A DNA stretch of 63,290 bases, the filler included, from Octopus bimaculoides (Eukaryota): NCBI RefSeq assembly GCF_001194135.2. It is 12 parts of 11 records of this genome, joined end to end, with 100 filler letters (N's around TTAATTAATTAA, not from the genome) between each part and the next. Parts side by side here need not be neighbours in the genome. Positions count along the whole stretch, not along the records: positions 5,775 to 18,264 come from NC_068982.1; positions 18,365 to 27,427 come from NC_068988.1; 10 more parts are not named here. One strand, 5' to 3'. The notes below the pieces were generated by a model that was given only the letters and a program-made list of their open reading frames with translations, made no database searches and was not told where the DNA came from. Positions within the stretch are counted from its first letter, which is position 1. Each line of letters begins with the position of its first letter. This document shows, in pieces, positions 12,815 through 25,899 of the stretch. A program made the translations under genes and the position numbers.

Positions 12815-12990
12815 TACACACACACACAGATATACACATGATGAGGTTCTTTCAGTTTTCATCTACCAAATCCACTCACAAAGTTTTAGTTGGCCCAAGA
12901 TCATAGTAGAAGATACTTGCCTAAGGTACCACACAGTGGGACCAAATCCAAAGCTATGTGATCAGGAAGCAGGCTTTACACTACACAGCT
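12575..12990 (-). mobile_element. SINE family B, full length with internal (CA)n
   Basis: All diagnostic blocks are present and CpGs are largely decayed. Confidence 0.85.
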
Positions 12991-13049
12991 TTGCCTACAC
13001 CAGCCTTGTTACAATAAATTTTGAAAATAATGAAGAATTTTGTAAATTT

Positions 13050-13250
13050 TTGGCCAAATTTTTGGGCGAAATGCTTAGTGGTGTTTCGTCTGTCTCTATG
13101 TTCTGAGTTCAAATGCTGCTGAGGTCGACTTTGCTTTTCATCCCTTTTGGAGGTCGATAAAATAAGTACCAGTTGAGTATTGGGATCGATGTAATCGACT
13201 GGTACTCTCCTCTGAACCTGTTGGCCTTGTGCCAAAATTTGAAACCGTTA
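13050..13250 (+). mobile_element. SINE family A
   Basis: ggcgaaatgcttagtggtgtttcgtc...ttctgagttcaaatgctgctgaggtcgactttgcttttcatccc...gataaaataagtaccagtt. Confidence 0.85.
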
Positions 13251-13695
13251 TTATTATTATTATGTTGTTTATTTTTTCTTCTTTCTTCAAATTTTCTTCC
13301 ATTTCTCGCCGAGTGTTTTCCGTATACCTAGGGCAGAGAATCTCATTGTATGCATTCCCAATTTACACATCCAAATTCACAGGTAAAATATGTATTTAAA
13401 AAAAATTAATAAATAGATGAATTCGTGAATGGATGTTGTTTTCATAGCGATAATGCTCTTCTCAGTACATGAGTCGTTCCAGTTAACACGATTTTTTGCA
13501 TTTCCTGTAGGGATGGTGAGCCTGGTATCATTTTCAAATAGGTTTCAGTACCTTTTTTTTATCATTCCTAGAGATCCTACAATCACTGGTATGGTAGTCG
13601 ACTTGAGATGCCACATTTTTTCAATTTCTATTAGCAAGTCTTTATATTTACTGATCTTGTCAAATTCTTTCGCTGCTCTATTGTAATTGCAAGGA

Positions 13696-13696
<1 letters not shown>

Positions 13697-13787
<91 letters not shown>

Positions 13788-13811
13788 TACTACTACTACT
13801 ACTACTACTAT
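13697..13811. repeat. Long (ATT)n/(ACT)n compound microsatellite
   Basis: Read directly from the sequence. Confidence 0.95.
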
Positions 13812-14326
13812 TAAGGTGGTGAGCTGGCAGAATTGTTAGCATGCCGAGCNNNNNNNNNNNNNNNNNNNNNNNNNNNNNNNNNNNNNNNNNNNNNNNNNNN
13901 NNNNNNNNNNNNNNNNNNNNNNNNNNNNNNNNNNNNNNNNNNNNNNNNNNNNNNNNNNNNNNNNNNNNNNNNNNNNNNNNNNNNNNNNNNNNNNNNNNNN
14001 NNNNNNNNNNNNNNNNNNNNNNNNNNNNNNNNNNNNNNNNNNNNNNNNNNNNNNNNNNNNNNNNNNNNNNNNNNNNNNNNNNNNNNNNNNNNNNNNNNNN
14101 NNNNNNNNNNNNNNNNNNNNNNNNNNNNNNNNNNNNNNNNNNNNNNNNNNNNNNNNNNNNNNNNNNNNNNNNNNNNNNNNNNNNNNNNNNNNNNNNNNNN
14201 NNNNNNNNNNNNNNNNNNNNNNNNNNNNNNNNNNNNNNNNNNNNNNNNNNNNNNNNNNNNNNNNNNNNNNNNNNNNNNNNNNNNNNNNNNNNNNNNNNNN
14301 NNNNNNNNNNNNNNNNNNNNNNNNNN

Positions 14327-14377
<51 letters not shown>

Positions 14378-15881
14378 TAGTTATATATAAAACTAGTTTT
14401 AATGTTTTAAAGATTAAGCTGTGACTGATTGAAAAATAGATTTGTACACATAATTTTGAAATAAGTATGTGTAGAAATACAAAGAACATAACAAAAGAGA
14501 ACGAAACTAAAATGCTGTGACTGACAGAGATAAGAGAAGAAGTCAGTGGATGATGAAAGACATCTAAAATTAAGCAGATAATGAAATAATAAGTGAATAA
14601 TAGCAATCAGTCTATGTTCTTTAATTATTAGTAAAGATTATTCTCCCAAATAATAACGTGTATTAATGTTATAATATGGAACGTATTGACTGTTTGCTTG
14701 AGTTTACTCTGTTTCATGTATTGTTTGGAGAACATAACATGTTACTTGGTTGTGTAAATAAATAATATTACTTTCATCATCTATCTAAATTATTACTACT
14801 TTTATGAGGCAATAAACAAGTAAACATCCAAAAAGAATAATTTTGGCAGCTATCTACAGAATTATTTCTAAAACAGTGTCTTATAACCTGCCGTTCATGA
14901 CTGAATTCTTTATTTCTCTTATATTAAAGATATTTCCAATTATCCAGTTATTTCTTTCAGCTATTATTTTTCAATTTCTCTATGTTTTTGTCTATATTTT
15001 TTGTCTCTGGTTAAATCACAGTACCTCAAAATTAATTCTGTTTCTGAAAGTATTTGCTATTCCCAAGCAGTTTATTATGTTTTGTTTCATTTTGGTTGAA
15101 AAAAAATTATGCTTTACTTTGTTTTAAAAATTGAAAAGGAATATTTTTTTTTTCCAATCATCAATTTTAATTGTTTATTAAAAAGGGATAAAAATTGTGT
15201 ATTTAAAAAAAAAAATGTAAATTCCTTAGAGAGTAAAATGAAAAATAAAGCAAACATAAAACAATTTCAAATAATGATAAAATCTGCTGATATTAATCAA
15301 AATTCTCTCAAAACCAAAATAATATTTTACCTCTTATTGCAGAAAAGCAATAAATGCTTTTAAAAATTCATTTCAAATATGAAAATTAGTCTATAATTAG
15401 TTTTATTCATTGCCAGAACATTTCAAATACGTGGTGTTGAAGAAATATTTATGTTACTCAATATTGATCGAAATCTTTCTTTTAACTGATGGAGCTATAG
15501 TTGTTATTTACCATCTTTTCAGCATTAATCTAATTCTTTTCTAAATCATGGAGATAATCAATACAGAAATGGAATACTATAGTTGACGGGAGTTTCTATT
15601 CTTTAAAGCAATACTACTTACCTCAGTATCCAATTTTGGCAAGTTGTAAATTTTCTCAATTCAATTTCCATACATTTCTTTAGTTGAATATCTTCATTGA
15701 AAACTATAGAGGATTCTTTCAGTACAACATAGTAAAATATTAAAGCAAGTATCTTTCCGCTTGCATGTTTACTTGTATTGTAGATATGATGTTACTCTTT
15801 TCTTCCGATTATAAATTTTCTATTAACTCCTTGTAAAATTGTCTTATCATTATGCATTTTATCATAGTATTATTCACTCAC

Positions 15882-15897
15882 CTTCTTTTTATTTGCT
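15882..15897 (-). CDS. Candidate 16-nt microexon (unverified)
   Basis: aaattgtatctttcAG|AGCAAATAAAAAGAAG|GTGAGT has consensus acceptor and donor. Reads (x)ANKKK from phase 2 to phase 0. Confidence 0.35.
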
Positions 15898-16051
15898 CTG
15901 AAAGATACAATTTCATGCAAATTTTGTATGAGCTCATAAAGTATTACATAACAATTTCAAATAGAATGTTCAACCACTTCTAATGTAATATCAGACAGCT
16001 CTGTTAAAACATACAGGTATATATGAAATATATGCACGCACGTACACACAT

Positions 16052-16092
<41 letters not shown>

Positions 16093-16354
16093 GAGCACTG
16101 AGACCTACAAGTAAAAACAAGAATGAAACAAAGACGAATTTGTATATATTTACAAAAATGGTTTGTCTACAACAGAAAGAATATTGATGTGCCATCATAG
16201 AATGTTTACAATTGAAAACATTCTATTTTCCTTGTTTCTCTTCGAATTCCCATGTCTCAACATAATCCATTCACATTATCAGCAGCCTTATCATTATTAT
16301 TATTATTATTATTATTGCCATTATTTTTATTGTTGTTATTATTATCAATATTAT

Positions 16355-16700
16355 TCAAATTCTGCTAATGTTGACTTTGCTGTTCATCCTTTTGGGGTTG
16401 ATGGAATTAATACCAGTCAAGTACTGGGTTGATGTAACCGACTTTCCCCCTCCCCTCAAAAACCGCTGACCTTGTGCCAAGAATTTCAAAACCAGTATTA
16501 TTATTATTATCAAGTTGGCTTGCTAGCAGAATTGTTAGTAGAGCAGACAAAATACTTGGCAGTATTTCTTCTGAGTTCAAATCCTGCCGAAGTTGACTTT
16601 GCCTTTCATCCTTCCCAGGTCAATAAAATAAGTACCAGTCAAGTACTGGGGTTGATGTTATCAATAAGGCCCCTTCCTCTAAATTTCAGGCTTTTTCACA
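16355..16700 (+). mobile_element. Two tandem SINE-A copies (CpG-decayed)
   Basis: The core gttgactttgc..ttcatcc...ataagtaccagtcaagtactggg occurs twice. Confidence 0.8.
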
Positions 16701-16769
16701 GTCTCTTCGGTACTCTGGCTATATTCTTTTTTTTACACGTTTATTTGATTCAGTCATTTGACTGCGGCC

Positions 16770-17370
16770 ATGTACCCTTTTAGTGAGATTCTTTCTCATT
16801 TCTCTTTCCATTATCTTACAGTCTTGCAGTACTCCGAGATATTTGTATCCCTTATTATTTCATAGCAATTGAATGAATGATAACTAGCAATAATTTTATG
16901 CCATCTCCAGGCTTTATCTTCCACATCACTTCAGAGTTAGTACTGTGCACTTTTCTTTCACAAACTGCATTCCAATGTCTTTACCGAACACTCTCAATGT
17001 TAATATTAGAAAATCCAGGTCTGCCTCATTTTTTGTATATATTTTGTGGTAAACTTATAGACAGGGCTGGTTTTTCTCATTATCTCTGTCAGAAGGATTA
17101 GTTCAGTGGTGAAGAGCAATGGAGACAGCAAGTCTCCTTGGAAAACGCCCCTGCATATTTTCACATTATCTAGTAATTCCTTTGCACATGTCAAGTTCTA
17201 CTTCCTGTTCTCATTGTTTTCTCGAAAAAATTATTTATCTTCTCATTGACTCCAAGCATCCTCAGACATTCCATGAACCACATGTGTGGGACACAGTCGT
17301 AGGCTTTCCTGAACTCTATTCATCCAACAGCTACAATTTTCTTCTTTACTTGTACTTCATTTGATATTCT
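16770..17370 (-). mobile_element. R4/Dong-like non-LTR retrotransposon RT fragment (decayed)
   Basis: Translations IEFRKAYDCVPHMW, ICRGVFQGDLLSPLLF, KNEADLDFLI..RVFGKDIGMQF and KGYKYLGVLQD. Frameshifted, and the YxDD segment appears deleted. Confidence 0.75.
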
Positions 17371-17414
17371 GCTGTCTATATATATAAATATATATATAGT
17401 AGATCAGCAGTTCC

Positions 17415-17461
17415 TATTATTATCATTATTATTATTGTTGTTGTTATTTAAATTGTTGTTG

Positions 17462-17523
<62 letters not shown>

Positions 17524-18010
17524 GAGTGAGAGAGCAGTGCATGCTATCAAAGTGACACCGGGGTACAAATATTCGAAGCCCAGTATGTCCATCATGCCTA
17601 TCCATCTAATAAGGGTACATCAGGCACATGCATACTTTGTGTAAGACATAGTGATCTCATATCAAGATAAACAGTACATGACCCTGCAAGCACAGCTCAG
17701 TTAGAATTTTCTTCAGGTTGAGTAGCCCATCACACTCAAAAGGTCTCTGAATAAGGGTTGTTTAAGGATGTTGAACGAAACACTTATGTTTCCAAAGGTG
17801 AATTATCCAAACCTCAAAGAATTCTTCTCAACACATGGTTATGATGCTCCTCTCACTAGCTCTGCTTGTGACCAGAGATGCACATATCATCAGCCACCAA
17901 GGGACATGCTCAACTGGTTAAGGTCAAGCAACTGACAAGTAAATCTGTTTTATTGAGCAAAATAGTTGCCCATCATTTATACCAAGACAAAACAATGTAC
18001 ATGATAACAC
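17415..18010 (-). mobile_element. Repeat family C, non-coding 3' end with (TAA)n tail
   Basis: Clearly homologous to 61638-61957. The tail is a (TTA)n/(TTG)n array at 17415-17523. Confidence 0.8.
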
Positions 18011-18364
18011 TTCCAATCAGTTAAGATGAGAAGCCATGAAAGCCACTGCCTGGTATTGCATCCGGGCATTTATCATCATCATCATCATCATCATCATCAT
18101 TATTTTATGTTTGACTTTTGTTTTGCATTTGTACAAGTTGGATCCAAGTCTCACCCAGAGACCTCAAGAGACAACAAGTTAGAAGTTCCTGTAGGTGTTA
18201 TGCCTAGGGTACCATATATTTGGGTTTGTACATAGTGTTGTTTTAGAGAATGTTTAAGAAACCANNNNNNNNNNNNNNNNNNNNNNNNNNNNNNNNNNNN
18301 NNNNNNNNTTAATTAATTAANNNNNNNNNNNNNNNNNNNNNNNNNNNNNNNNNNNNNNNNNNNN

Positions 18365-18894
18365 GCCTTACGAGTTTACAACTGTATGCCAGACTTGTTT
18401 GGAGACGTCTTGGCGGCGGTGTACTGCAACTGGCAGCAGAACGGGAGCATTCCTGGTTTTGTGAGCCGAGAAGCCGTAACGCTGCTAAAGAAAGATCCAA
18501 ACAAGGGGAATGTCATAGATAACTTTTGGCCTATCACTCTGCTCAATGCAGACCTGAAAATTTTGGCCAATGTGTTAGCCAAGCGGTTGGCGCTTGTCAT
18601 CGAGAAACTGGTCGGCAAGGCGCAAACGTGCGCCGTGCCGAAGCATCCATAACAACCTCCATTTGATGCGCTACATCATAGAGCGCGTAGTTAAGGAACC
18701 TGGCATGGGTCCTGATCAATTTGGATCAATCCAAAGCTTTCGATAGGATAGACCATCAATACTTGGAAGCTGTCCTTACAGCGGCCGGCTTCGGACCCGT
18801 TTTCCGTGGCTGGATGGCTGCTTTGTACAAAGGCATTCGTTCTTGTCAATGGGCACCTATCAAGACCTTTCCACATTGCACGTTCGGTCCGTCA
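18365..18894 (+). mobile_element. Tx1/L1-like LINE ORF2 reverse transcriptase fragment
   Basis: LPYEFY, NFWPITLLNADLKILANVLAKRL, LDQSKAFDRIDH and VNGHLSRPFHIARSVR (RT domains 0-4). Frameshifted and bounded by gaps. Confidence 0.9.
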
Positions 18895-19234
18895 NNNNNN
18901 NNNNNNNNNNNNNNNNNNNNNNNNNNNNNNNNNNNNNNNNNNNNNNNNNNNNNNNNNNNNNNNNNNNNNNNNNNNNNNNNNNNNNNNNNNNNNNTAATAA
19001 TATAGATTTAATCAATTCACAAAATGGCTTTCTGAAATGAACTTCCATTGTGCAGCTGAGGAGTACATTTTCATTGCACATCTAATGTGATGTTCTCACT
19101 TCATAAATAAATGAAGCTTGTACGAAACGTACGTACTGCTATAACCTAATATATTTTTGTTGCTTTTCTTCAAATATATACATTTATATATATACATATA
19201 TATGTATACATACATACATACATACATCAAAATG

Positions 19235-19435
19235 TAACCACATGTGAACCGTTGGCGGTTTTTTCCTTCCATCTTCCTTTTCTTTTGGACTTTCCTCTGT
19301 CTCCTTTCTCTGAAGAAGAGCTTTGCTCGAAACGTAAAACCACCTTTCTTTCCTTCCCTGAGCGTCTGCTAATACTTTTTATGTGCCACGTCCTCGCGTT
19401 GTTGTTTTTTTCTTGCTTGTTCTTCGTTTTTGGGG
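19235..19435 (+). mobile_element. Penelope-type terminal repeat carrying a hammerhead motif
   Basis: Homologous to the reverse complement of 46290-46410 (gctcgaaacgt..., cc.gagcgtc..ctaata..., gtcctcg..tgttgtt). Confidence 0.6.
19310..19336 (+). ncRNA. Short-stem-III hammerhead ribozyme motif with a weak stem I
   Basis: CTGAAGA-A-GAGC-TTT-GCTC-GAAA-C-GTA: intact core, 4-bp stem II, palindromic ACGT stem III. Stem I pairing (ttct/aaac) is poor. Confidence 0.5.
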
Positions 19436-20689
19436 ATTTACTATATATATATATATATATAAACAATATATGAGTATATGTATATATATGTACATGCATG
19501 TACATACCTTCATCTACATGTACATATAGAGACATATCTGGGTACATGACGTTGCATAAAAAAAAAAATGATAAATAAGGTACAAAAAACAAGCAGGCCA
19601 CAGAAAGAACATATCCTTCATCAGCTGCCACCATTAAAACACTGGCGTTTCGAAGAATTAGGGCAAGACGCATCGTTAAAATGGCTCTTCCCACGAACAC
19701 AAATTAAATTTTTTCGTGGAGGATAGTGGCGGACGGAAAACGAAACGGTGAAATAAACAAACAAAAAGGCTGTACAGCCAGACGTGGAGAAGTGTGTGTA
19801 TATCGAACACTGTAAAGCACGAACTGGAGAGGCGAAGTACAGTAGAGGGAAGAATGAGATGGGGAGATAGATACAAAGATAGAGAGAGTCGTGTCAGAAA
19901 AATAAAGTTCAAAAGCTACTTGTAAAGGTATATATATATATATATATNNNNNNNNNNNNNNNNNNNNNNNNNNNNNNNNNNNNNNNNNNNNNNNNNNNNN
20001 NNNNNNNNNNNNNNNNNNNNNNNNNNNNNNNNNNNNNNNNNNNNNNNNNNNNNNNNNNNNNNNNNNNNNNNNNNNNNNNNNNNNNNNNNNNNNNNNNNNN
20101 NNNNNNNNNNNNNNNNNNNNNNNNNNNNNNNNNNNNNNNNNNNNNNNNNNNNNNNNNNNNNNNNNNNNNNNNNNNNNNNNNNNNNNNNNNNNNNNNNNNN
20201 NNNNNNNNNNNNNNNNNNNNNNNNNNNNNNNNNNNNNNNNNNNNNNNNNNNNNNNNNNNNNNNNNNNNNNNNNNNNNNNNNNNNNNNNNNNNNNNNNNNN
20301 NNNNNNNNNNNNNNNNNNNNNNNNNNNNNNNNNNNNNNNNNNNNNNNNNNNNNNNNNNNNNNNNNNNNNNNNNNNNNNNNNNNNNNNNNNNNNNNNNNNN
20401 NNNNNNNNNNNNNNNNNNNNNNNNNNNNNNNNNNNNNNNNNNNNNNNNNNNNNNNNNNNNNNNNNNNNNNNNNNNNNNNNNNNNNNNNNNNNNNNNNNNN
20501 NNNNNNNNNNNNNNNNNNNNNNNNNNNNNNNNNNNNNNNNNNNNNNNNNNNNNNNNNNNNNNNNNNNNNNNNNNNNNNNNNNNNNNNNNNNNNNNNNNNN
20601 NNNNNNNNNNNNNNNNNNNNNNNNNNNNNNNNNNNNNNNNNNNNNNNNNNNNNNNNNNNNNNNNNNNNNNNNNNNNNNNNNNNNNNNNN

Positions 20690-20736
<47 letters not shown>

Positions 20737-21882
20737 TAGAAAACGTACCCGTCCTGTGGACAGTTCAAGTTGCTTTTGTGGTATTTTTTTCACCAATTGA
20801 ACTACTGAGAAGTTTTATGAGTTACACAGCAATCTACGTTTCTGATAAACCTAGGAACGGAAAGTCAAATTAAAGGCTGGTTTCTGTGGAGGTCATTGCA
20901 CTTTAATGATTATAGAACATATAAGTTTGCAAGTGATGCAAAGTAGAGCTACTGAAGAGATTTGGGAGTAGATTATGGATAATGACTACAAAATTTAGTT
21001 GTTTTACATGAAAGCGAAAATTTTTGCCAGAAACAGCCCCATAAATGGTGTAATGAAATCGAAGGAAGATGTTGAAACTTCCCCTCTGCGAGTTTTTTTT
21101 TTTCAACTGCAAAGGGAGTTTTTGTTTTTGAGAGAGATAAGCTAACAACGCCCCTTTATTCTGCCTTCCCACGTAGCCTGCGCATAAACTAACAGTGAAT
21201 ACTGCATAAAGTTAAATTGGTATGGAGCTTTCTGAAAGATACGTATAGCTTTCGGTAGTGGAAGCAAAACTCTTAAAGGTCGATTCTTTGGGACGAATGA
21301 TATGTGATTGTTTTTTTTTTTAAAAAGGGTAGGACAGCAATGCTAAAATGTATTTGAAACAATGGACAACAGTCGAAATATCATAATGGATGGGTTAATA
21401 AGCATCCTTAAAGTGAAACAACGTATTTGTAGGTAAACAAAGGTGTTAACAAATAGAAAAGAGGGAAGGGAACATCATCTTAACTCAGAATAGGTAAAGG
21501 TAAGCTTGCTAAAGTTTAATGCAGTTTAAATATGGAGATTAAGATTGTTTGATGTTGGATATTCATCGCGTACAGTGTTCCTAGTCAATTCAATTGCGGT
21601 GGCAGGTGGACAGTCGAAATAGATAGACAAAATCCTTTCACTTTTATAAAAAGATTTTAAAAAAGTATGGAAGACCCTACAGATTATAAAACATCTGATT
21701 AATGCAAATGAATAAGAATCATCTATTGTTGATTTCCCATCGCTCTAGGGGCCCCAATGTCGATTTTTAAAAAATCTAAGTAGCATATGTTCGGATCTGG
21801 GGTATGAAGTAGCTGTGTATAAAAATTTAAAGAATTCAGATGAGAGATGTAGAAGTTATTGAGGTACATTAAATTTTTGTGT

Positions 21883-21931
<49 letters not shown>

Positions 21932-21948
21932 ACTTTAATTTTATAGAT

Positions 21949-21984
<36 letters not shown>

Positions 21985-22620
21985 GGAGTAAGCACATGAA
22001 ATGTGCAACAAGGTGGACAAAAGAGTACTCAAATACCAGAGGTAGAGTAATATGCTTTATTTAAAAGCAGCAGAAATATAACAAAANNNNNNNNNNNNNN
22101 NNNNNNNNNNNNNNNNNNNNNNNNNNNNNNNNNNNNNNNNNNNNNNNNNNNNNNNNNNNNNNNNNNNNNNNNNNNNNNNNNNNNNNNNNNNNNNNNNNNN
22201 NNNNNNNNNNNNNNNNNNNNNNNNNNNNNNNNNNNNNNNNNNNNNNNNNNNNNNNNNNNNNNNNNNNNNNNNNNNNNNNNNNNNNNNNNNNNNNNNNNNN
22301 NNNNNNNNNNNNNNNNNNNNNNNNNNNNNNNNNNNNNNNNNNNNNNNNNNNNNNNNNNNNNNNNNNNNNNNNNNNNNNNNNNNNNNNNNNNNNNNNNNNN
22401 NNNNNNNNNNNNNNNNNNNNNNNNNNNNNNNNNNNNNNNNNNNNNNNNNNNNNNNNNNNNNNNNNNNNNNNNNNNNNNNNNNNNNNNNNNNNNNNNNNNN
22501 NNNNNNNNNNNNNNNNNNNNNNNNNNNNNNNNNNNNNNNNNNNNNNNNNNNNNNNNNNNNNNNNNNNNNNNNNNNNNNNNNNNNNNNNNNNNNNNNNNNN
22601 NNNNNNNNNNNNNNNNNNNN

Positions 22621-22668
<48 letters not shown>

Positions 22669-23759
22669 AAATACACAGATGCATACGCACAGACAATCTA
22701 CGTATATAGGTATATATTTGCAAGGCATAAATATATACATGAATATAAATTTATACGCATATACATACACACACATTTAAGTTTGCGCACAGAAAAAACT
22801 TATGCGCTGGTAACAAAAATTGTATCTTAAGCTATGGAGTAGAGGGGTAAAGAGCAACGTATCTATAATAACGACATTAATATAGAAAGGGGGAAAGTGT
22901 AGTTGTCATGAGGAAGGAAAGGAAGAAAGAAAGGGAAAAAGAAAGAAAGACAGAAAAGGAACAAAAGAGAGAAAGGTGGGAATGGGAAGAAAGAAGTAGA
23001 GAAAGAAAATGAGCAAGAACGTATGTATATAGTAAACCTGCATAAAATTTAGACTGCGTATATATGTGTATACAAAAATGTATATAGCATCACGTATATA
23101 GATACATATGTGGATATGTACGCAAATACTCACGAACATAACCGTATGCATGCTTATGTACACATTCAAGTATGTGTGAGTGTGAACCTAAGCGCACATT
23201 CCCATATATAACATAGATGCACACACGTGAATAGATGCATGTGTGTGTAAATAAATATAAGCATATACTCTTACCCATGTATACACAAAAACGTACACGC
23301 ACGAAATCATAACTGCATATGCACCAATGCAAACTCAGGCCCTATATGTGAGCGCAGACGCACGCATATGAATACGTAAGTGTTGTTACAATACAGACAT
23401 CTACATAAAAAACCTTTTAGATCTCAGCGTATATATGCAGACAACTTCTTAAGAAACTGCTGGGTGTATAAAAGTTAAAACCAGGCGAAAATACATGCAT
23501 AATAGAATTCTGTATGTTGAATCGTCCATAAAAATGGTAAAATTTGCATACAAAGTGTTTTAAAATAAATAAATAGAACAGAATGAAGTAAAAAGTAAAA
23601 ATAAGGGAGAAGAAAAAACTATGTATATAACAGTCGAAGGTTTTCTTAAAATGACGTAGGGGTCTATACAAAATTCTTACAACGCTAAATAAATCATTTA
23701 TAATTTGGTACCAATCCAATAGCAAGATTGCACAATGCTTACAAGGAGTCAAACATTAT

Positions 23760-24770
23760 CAAAAAAATATATATATACCATCCATACGGTATATTACTTG
23801 CCGACATTTTAAATTTGGACGCATGTCTACATATATTTAAAAGTTCGCATCTTTGGTTTAGCGCTTTCTTATCTTCGAATAAAATATTCAATTTTTCCAA
23901 TAAACAAAGATCGCATTTCAATGGTCTTTTATGGGCACTGTGTCTGTAAGGCGATGCTCTGCCTAAAATCCTCCATGTCACGTTGAAAGGCTGGGCTTCA
24001 TTTTCCTTTAATTGCCAGACGTATTTTGCCAGGCTCGTCTTTGTCCTATTTTCAGGGTATCTAAAAGAATTTTTGTGCGAATACAGCCTGGTTTTGAAAG
24101 AATTTTCTGTAGCCCCTGTATAAGTTCTATAATCATGCGAGCCTTCTATCTGGACTTTGGCCCTATATACGATACCCTTTTCTAGACATCTCCCTTCCAA
24201 CAGACAGCAGGTTCGATCTTTGCAAGTGGGTCAGCATTATTGCTTTTGGCAATTATCTTATTGTTGTGCTGGCTGGTCAAAGAGGCGAAGTTTTTGCAGC
24301 AAGAATAGCTAATCTTAAGCGTTCTTCTATTAAATATTCTGTAAAACTTATGATCAGGTTGAAAGTGCCTAGTGACCAATTTTAAGAATTCCTTGCCTAT
24401 ATTAGTTTTTACGGCCATATTGAAAGCTGGGTTGAACCACAAAACTTTCCTAGTCCTAGTTCTACATGCTGCGCTGCTGCCAGCATTAGACTGGGTGTAC
24501 TGGATCCTCTCAGAGAATCCACTATTCCTTAAAGCACTATTATAATAAGGTGCCGCGTTACGAAATGTTGCTTCGTCTGCAGAAATTGACGAAATTTCTA
24601 AGAATAACAGGCGGATGGTTGGATTCTCTGCTGATATAGAATAGTTTGTCATTTGGTTTCCGGTAAGGCTTAAATATATTCAAATTCAAGTCTAAATCTA
24701 TGTCTAAGAGATCTACTTTTTTTAGGTTAGTATCTACTGTGATCCATAAACCTATCTGTGCATATGCATC
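23760..24770 (-). mobile_element. Penelope-like element, RT thumb plus GIY-YIG endonuclease (5'-truncated, two frameshifts)
   Basis: KVDLLDIDLDLN..FKPYRKPNDKLFYISRESNHPP, RKVLWFNP, KISYSCCKNFAS..SQHN, CLEKGIVY...YTGATENSFKTRLYSHKNSF and KCDLCLLEK..NQRCELLNICRHASKF. Confidence 0.93.
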
Positions 24771-25899
24771 TGTGTATTTTGATGTATATATATATATATA
24801 TATATAGTTTTGGGGAAAATAACCAAGTTTCAAGAACTCATCGATGAAAATCCACTATCACATATAGAAAAATTAATAATTAAAAGCACAATAAATGAGT
24901 ATAATATAAAGTAAAGTAAATATCATAAGATAAATATAATAAAAAGATTACACGTGTTTCATAACTAATTTTCAAATAGAAAGGAAATTTAAATCGATTA
25001 AAATCAATTGAAATTATCGAAAATAAATTCTATTAAAAAATATAGCTAATCGTCAGATCGTAAGTAGAACAATAATTAGATATATATATCTCAACCAACA
25101 ATAAGTACCAAATGAATTAATATGAAATACTTATATAAAGATAGAAAAATTATTAAAAATATCANNNNNNNNNNNNNNNNNNNNNNNNNNNNNNNNNNNN
25201 NNNNNNNNNNNNNNNNNNNNNNNNNNNNNNNNNNNNNNNNNNNNNNNNNNNNNNNNNNNNNNNNNNNNNNNNNNNNNNNNNNNNNNNNNNNNNNNNNNNN
25301 NNNNNNNNNNNNNNNNNNNNNNNNNNNNNNNNNNNNNNNNNNNNNNNNNNNNNNNNNNNNNNNNNNNNNNNNNNNNNNNNNNNNNNNNNNNNNNNNNNNN
25401 NNNNNNNNNNNNNNNNNNNNNNNNNNNNNNNNNNNNNNNNNNNNNNNNNNNNNNNNNNNNNNNNNNNNNNNNNNNNNNNNNNNNNNNNNNNNNNNNNNNN
25501 NNNNNNNNNNNNNNNNNNNNNNNNNNNNNNNNNNNNNNNNNNNNNNNNNNNNNNNNAGAATAAAAGATTAAACTTTATATATATATACACAAAGTTTTAA
25601 TTTTAAAAAAATCTTTAACGATATTATAAACAATAAAGATTAATTATTAATCAAATATTATTAATCAAAAATAATCGAAAATATATCAACACTATTCAAA
25701 TCGAAGTTCTAATATTATGTTGAAATGAAACTATAACTTCTAAATAATTTAGTGTTAAATAAGTTATCTATTAAAAATAATCTATAAAGAACCAAATGAA
25801 TAATATAAAAAACAAGAATACATATTATTTTCAAATAGTAGAAAATCTTTAGCAAAGTAAAAAACAGTACTTATCCATCTTTTTCCGTACGGAAGGTGG

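Noticed and set aside
15622-15703. 82-bp exon candidate with a perfect AG|GTAAGT donor
   Set aside because: Its only open frame is phase-incompatible with both neighbouring candidate exons, and the acceptor is mediocre.
19590-19670. Possible type II hammerhead on the minus strand (GAAA...CTGATGA)
   Set aside because: Stems I and III cannot be paired convincingly.
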